A program made the position numbers and the translations under genes. A stretch of DNA of 62,514 nt from the NCBI GenBank assembly GCA_009885085.1, contig VFLK01000008.1:1-62514 (forward strand). Reading direction: 5' to 3'. The DNA is from Minisyncoccota bacterium (GTDB lineage: Bacteria > Patescibacteriota > Microgenomatia > UBA1400 > PJMF01). The notes beneath the pieces are model-generated. The model searched no databases. It worked only from the letters and a program-made list of their open reading frames with translations, and had not been told where the DNA came from. Positions 57,935 to 62,514 of this stretch are shown piece by piece. The number at the start of each line of letters is the position of its first letter. Positions within the stretch are counted from its first letter, which is position 1.

Positions 57935-59107
57935 CTAGTTTTCACTTCTAATTTCTATTGGTTGGATGATTGATCCGTCTATTTCTATTCTCATTGGTTG
58001 AAAAACATATCCTTCTTTTTCAATAACAACGTTGTATTCCCCCTCATTTAGTGGAGTTGTAATAAAAAATTGTCCAAGCGCGTTGGTTTTAACCGCTCTT
58101 TCGATGCCTCCCTCCAGTGTTTGAACTTCAACAATTGAGTCTGACAATAGATCGTTATTTTTGCTCAATATCATGCCGACAAGTTTATTTGGTTGTGATG
58201 GCTTAATTGGAAATGGTAAATTTGAGTTAAAACTAACATCTTTTGTAACATCGAGATTCGTAGCAGAGGGCAACTGATCTTTAATGTACGCCTTTTCACT
58301 AGAATCCGATGAAGAAGCGCCTATCATCTCCATCTCTTTTATTTCTTCATCAGAAGTTAGTTTGATAGATCCTTCTTCAGGAACTTCAATATCTTGAGCA
58401 ACCTGATCATTTGAAAGGGCTGATTTCTTAAAACTTTCATTTTCTTTTGCAGCTTCTTGCTTTGTTTCAAACATCGAAGCTGGCTCCAAATAGTCTTCAT
58501 TTACTGGTAGCTCTTCACCGTCATCATTTTTTTTAGGAGCTCTCATACTTCTTATTCTTATTTCAAGTTTTGGTTTCTCTTTATTGGTTTTACTAACAGC
58601 GGTTACTTTGGTAGCGGTCTTTACACTGTCAAAGCTAGCAAGGATGTCATTAATTCTTGAAGATTCTTCTTCAGATAGGTCTGCTGAGAACGAACTTACT
58701 TCCGGGACAGATCCTAGATATTCTTTAATTCTTTGACGCTTAGCTGGTGTTAGGTCAATTTCCGGCTCTTGAATTATTGTAGATGTTTGACTTTGAAATA
58801 AAAAATATTCTGGAACTGAGTTCTCTCTTCTCCAGAAAAACTTAGTTGGTTTATACATCACCTTGGCAAAGGTGCCCACCCAGTGAGTTAGAGGTTTCTC
58901 TTGAATTGGTACAAAGGCAGCGACTATTCCTAAAATTATTGTTACTATTATTAGTGGCCATTTAACAATGGCTAAAAGGTTGGTGTTGTAAATTATTACC
59001 GCAATTATGACGCTAAGCAAGACTTCCCCAAATTGTTTAAGGGTCATGCTTCCAACAATGTGAAATCTGTAGCCGGTGATATCCTGCGGAATAGGATGCT
59101 GTTGCAT
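57935..59107 (-). CDS. PrgI (VirB3-like) family protein with C-terminal carboxypeptidase-regulatory-like domain
   Basis: HPIPQDITGY.F.IVGSMTLKQF, two TM helices, KTNALGQF...GEY. Confidence 0.8.
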   Translation of the reverse strand: MQQHPIPQDITGYRFHIVGSMTLKQFGEVLLSVIIAVIIYNTNLLAIVKWPLIIVTIILGIVAAFVPIQEKPLTHWVGTFAKVMYKPTKFFWRRENSVPEYFLFQSQTSTIIQEPEIDLTPAKRQRIKEYLGSVPEVSSFSADLSEEESSRINDILASFDSVKTATKVTAVSKTNKEKPKLEIRIRSMRAPKKNDDGEELPVNEDYLEPASMFETKQEAAKENESFKKSALSNDQVAQDIEVPEEGSIKLTSDEEIKEMEMIGASSSDSSEKAYIKDQLPSATNLDVTKDVSFNSNLPFPIKPSQPNKLVGMILSKNNDLLSDSIVEVQTLEGGIERAVKTNALGQFFITTPLNEGEYNVVIEKEGYVFQPMRIEIDGSIIQPIEIRSEN

Positions 59108-59191
59108 AAGTATGGGACAGTAAATACTTTGGTTTGGTTATTTTTATAGCCGTTTTAATAATAGCATTTCTAAGTGGAATGATCTAATGGT

Positions 59192-59779
59192 TCAAAAAGC
59201 TTCGGGTCCATTTTCTTCTACAGTTAGTTCTTTTCCCCAAGAACTCATAAATTTATCTTCAGTGGTTGGCTCAAAACTCCAAATTGCTTGAACAGTTCCG
59301 TCTTTGATGTGGGCGAAAACCACTAGTCCGGCATTTAAAAAGACGTTTGCTTTGACCGAGTCGCTAATCTTTACATAGCTCAGAACAAGTTGTGGCTGCC
59401 CAAACTCAGTAATATATGATTTTAAGGTGTGATTTTGATTAAACGAGAGTCGCTCAGAAACAAATAAAACAATGTTTTGGTCTGACACCACTACTTTTGT
59501 ATTGTGAGTTGGAAATTCAGATTTATAACTATATTCTGTTCCAAACTCAGTTTTTTTGACTTCTAACGGAGTTCCAAAATTATTTTGAATACTCTGGGTA
59601 AATTCAAAGCCGGGAGTAGCTTCTTTTTGAGTGTTTACCTGGGTCGGAACAACCTCTTTAGTAGCAATATTAAAGGTCATAGAAGAAATTATAATTGTTA
59701 CGGCAACAACTATAAAAATAATCAGCCAATTTCTGTCTGTTTTTGATGGTTGATTAGAAAATTGATTCATATTTTGCAT
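59192..59779 (-). CDS. Hypothetical single-pass membrane protein
   Basis: N-terminal TM helix; soluble domain of unknown function. Confidence 0.65.
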   Translation of the reverse strand: MQNMNQFSNQPSKTDRNWLIIFIVVAVTIIISSMTFNIATKEVVPTQVNTQKEATPGFEFTQSIQNNFGTPLEVKKTEFGTEYSYKSEFPTHNTKVVVSDQNIVLFVSERLSFNQNHTLKSYITEFGQPQLVLSYVKISDSVKANVFLNAGLVVFAHIKDGTVQAIWSFEPTTEDKFMSSWGKELTVEENGPEAF

Positions 59780-59800
59780 ATATTGGATATATCTATCTTA

Positions 59801-62514
59801 TCATTGATATTCTTGACCTCCAAAAATATTTTGTTTTATCCAGTCATATTCTCTTGGATAGTCGCTTTTAAAATTATATGGCCACGGATTAGATCCGTTC
59901 CAAATGCTATTTCCTACAAATCTATCGCCTGTTATGTAGAGTGAGATGCCTTCAGCGAAAGCTTCTCCATCGCCGCACATTTTAGGAATTGGGTAGGTAT
60001 AACAAGTGCTACTAGAAATAGTTGTGGCAAACTTTCCTAGTAAGTCAGTATTTCTTTCATCAATGATATGAGACGACTCATGAACGACCAAGTATTCCAT
60101 TTGGGCAGCATTTTGAAAGGCACCGCCATAAAGAATCATTGTATTGGGATCTTTTACCCAACCATAATAATCATCGGGATGAGGTGGTAATTTATATAAA
60201 GAAATTGGTCCATCGCCACATAGAAGGCCAGTCCAAGTACTGTTTGTCGCCAAGTCTGCTAGCCCTCCCTTAAAAAGATCTATTGACGCTTGATCCCATT
60301 CCAGAGAAGTTAGAGTGGCTGAGCCAGCATCTATGGAAGTGCCACCGGGCATAAGTTGAAAACAGGCTAAATCGCCCAGGATTAATCCTCCCATCGAGAG
60401 ATTTTTTGGCATTGGAACTAAAAAGGCGGCTTGGATTGTAAATATAGTGTGTATTGTAACGACCACGCCGACAAACATTGCGATACTAGGAGCAAGAAGA
60501 GCAATTGGCAGTCCAAAAAATATTCCACTTTGAGCGGCTATACTGTTTGCGTATGCGATCTTAGCTGCTGCGGTATTGCCGGCGGTATTGCTTGCAACAT
60601 TGCTTGCTAGGGCTGTGTTATTTATTGAAGCGTTAGTTGCGGCGCTTTTTCCTCCAAATAGAGTATTAAACAAGTTGCCTGGAGCTATTGCCTGGCCAAT
60701 ATTCGCTCCGACTATAACACCGGGAACAACTCCGATTGGTCCTCCAGCAGCAAAAAAACCAACAATTCCTCCAACGACGCCTCCAATTAAACCACCGATT
60801 GTGGAAAGCGCGTAAAGTGTTTTTGCAATTAGAAGCCCCAGAAGAGATCCGGAAATTGCCATGGTTCTCTTGAAGCCAATTGTTTTGCCAATTGTATATA
60901 AAATTGCACCACTTCCTGGAAGAATTACATTGGAAACTGCAGAGACACCTTTAAAAACCATTGAGGCAGCAGATTTGCTCAAAGATTTTGCCATTTTTTT
61001 AGAAGGGTTCAATTTATTTTTGTTTAGTCCAAGCCGACTTGATATGTTTTTATATGTTTTGGAACTTTTAATCTTTTCAGATAATCTTTTGATACTTTTG
61101 TTGTTACCGCCCGTTGCCGATAAGTTATTGTTCGTTATTTGCGAGTTACCACCGGTTGACGATAAGTTTGCTCTGCTAGGTTGTGCGTTGAAGACATTTT
61201 CCCAGATTCTTCTGTTCGGTTCGGATATTTCGTATCCAGTGTCCTGAATATGTTGATCCATTTCCATGATTTCTCTAGGAGAAAATCTGTCAAAAAAACC
61301 AGCTGGTGGATACCCTTCAAGTTCTTCTCCATTATTTATAAAATCTGCGAGAAGAAGGACTTGATCGGGCTCCATATTATAAAGATATGAGTCACTTATA
61401 AATTGACCATAAGCTTGTTCTGACTCGAGTTGATCCCCAACTTCAAAATATCCATTATTTTTTACGTTTTCATAATCGGCCAGAGCCGCTTCTTGTTCTT
61501 CGGCGGTTAATTTATCACTTCCTCTAATATTTTTGAAAGTTCTCAAAGTAGTTACATCAAAAAATAAAAATTCCGGTATAAATTGCAGAGGCATGTCTTT
61601 GTTAGCTGCATTAAACGGAATTCCAAATTTATTGTAAACAATTCTTTGTTCTTCTGGCTGTAAATTTTCCCACAATGGTATAAAAGATTTATATTGCTTG
61701 GTTATTTTATCTATTTTTTCTCTTCTTCTGCTACTTTCATTTTTTCCAGTTTTACCTTCAATTCCGCCCGCAACGGTTTCGGCGGAGTTCTTTTGAATTG
61801 CCGATCTTGTACTATCCATAAAATTATGTTGATCAGCGCCGATACTAGAATTTGAATCTACAGGCATCAGTCCTTTGGAAAGAGTGGCGTCTTGTATGTG
61901 AAAGGTTAACTCTGATGCTCGATAAACAGAGTAATTTATAATAGAGGTTCTAAATAACTCCATTTGTTCGTGGCTCAAATTATTTTCTAGACCAAAAATT
62001 ATTTTAAGTTTGTCGTCGCTCATACTCTCAATAATTTTAATGACATCGTGGTTGTTTTTTGCACCCTGGATGGCGATTATTTCGCCATTTTCATCTCGAA
62101 ACTCCTGATCAATTCCATACTGCAAAATCATCGCATCGAGCGTGTTCTGAACATTCTTGTTCAAGGCAGAGCTATCAGATCCGGTGGCGTCCTCAAGAGA
62201 AGCTTTCAGCAACTCAGTTGCGGAAATTTCTTTAGTAGCGGTGTTGCTAAATAAGGTATTATGAAATTCCTTAAATTTTTCTCGTTGTTCTGGTGTGAGA
62301 TTTTCGTAAGATTTTTTACTTGAAATTTCTGAATAAAAAATAGAAATTAAACCGGCGTTTTCGCTTGCAAACTTTGGATAAAATTTTAATAAAGCGTTTT
62401 GTCTTTTTGATGCGCTTCCAAGCATTAACAGGAGTTTCTCTTCTCCCATCACTTCGGTAAAACTGTATATATCAGATCTTAGGCTATCTAAAAGTTTTTG
62501 ATCAACGTCATGAG
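59801..62514 (-). CDS. Large membrane protein with glycine-zipper helices and C-terminal HExxH metallopeptidase-like domain (5' partial)
   Basis: Frame is open from the window edge (HDVDQKLLDSLRSDIYSFTEVMGEEK...); GGLIGGVVGGIVG helices; VVHESSHIID...GEAFAEG. Confidence 0.7.
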   Translation of the reverse strand, partial: HDVDQKLLDSLRSDIYSFTEVMGEEKLLLMLGSASKRQNALLKFYPKFASENAGLISIFYSEISSKKSYENLTPEQREKFKEFHNTLFSNTATKEISATELLKASLEDATGSDSSALNKNVQNTLDAMILQYGIDQEFRDENGEIIAIQGAKNNHDVIKIIESMSDDKLKIIFGLENNLSHEQMELFRTSIINYSVYRASELTFHIQDATLSKGLMPVDSNSSIGADQHNFMDSTRSAIQKNSAETVAGGIEGKTGKNESSRRREKIDKITKQYKSFIPLWENLQPEEQRIVYNKFGIPFNAANKDMPLQFIPEFLFFDVTTLRTFKNIRGSDKLTAEEQEAALADYENVKNNGYFEVGDQLESEQAYGQFISDSYLYNMEPDQVLLLADFINNGEELEGYPPAGFFDRFSPREIMEMDQHIQDTGYEISEPNRRIWENVFNAQPSRANLSSTGGNSQITNNNLSATGGNNKSIKRLSEKIKSSKTYKNISSRLGLNKNKLNPSKKMAKSLSKSAASMVFKGVSAVSNVILPGSGAILYTIGKTIGFKRTMAISGSLLGLLIAKTLYALSTIGGLIGGVVGGIVGFFAAGGPIGVVPGVIVGANIGQAIAPGNLFNTLFGGKSAATNASINNTALASNVASNTAGNTAAAKIAYANSIAAQSGIFFGLPIALLAPSIAMFVGVVVTIHTIFTIQAAFLVPMPKNLSMGGLILGDLACFQLMPGGTSIDAGSATLTSLEWDQASIDLFKGGLADLATNSTWTGLLCGDGPISLYKLPPHPDDYYGWVKDPNTMILYGGAFQNAAQMEYLVVHESSHIIDERNTDLLGKFATTISSSTCYTYPIPKMCGDGEAFAEGISLYITGDRFVGNSIWNGSNPWPYNFKSDYPREYDWIKQNIFGGQEYQ

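Noticed and set aside
931..62254. Numerous short ORFs antisense to or nested in long genes
   Set aside because: Shadow ORFs of well-supported CDSs with no independent motifs
759..62514. Alternative genetic code (UGA=Gly)
   Set aside because: Conserved genes such as dnaA end properly at TGA and are full length under code 11

Overview
AT-rich bacterial chromosomal segment using the standard genetic code (TGA is used as a stop). It spans the replication origin. Gene content points to Patescibacteria (CPR), probably Microgenomates; this is inference from split comEC, GspG-like pilins, chromosomal PrgI/VirB4/VirD4-like genes, DUF4012, VanW and a PaaX-like regulator. Housekeeping genes: leuS, valS, obgE, rho, radA, rplY and a co-directional dnaA-(oriC)-dnaN-rpmH-rnpA-yidD-yidC-jag-rnhA block. 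Surface/DNA-transfer genes: comEA/comEC, a WxL/DUF916-like cluster, three pilins and T4SS-like ATPases, plus a VapBC-type TA pair. The most striking element is a 2295-aa single-pass membrane protein (16238-23125). Its cytoplasmic N-terminus carries tandem tyrosine-recombinase SAM-like DNA-binding domains with no catalytic domain, and its outer part is a mosaic phage-tail-fibre-like adhesin; it is divergent from a PaaX-like regulator. Also notable are a hairpin-dense intergenic region (32915-33227) and frequent short tandem duplications inside genes. No rRNA, tRNA, CRISPR array or intact mobile element was recognised.
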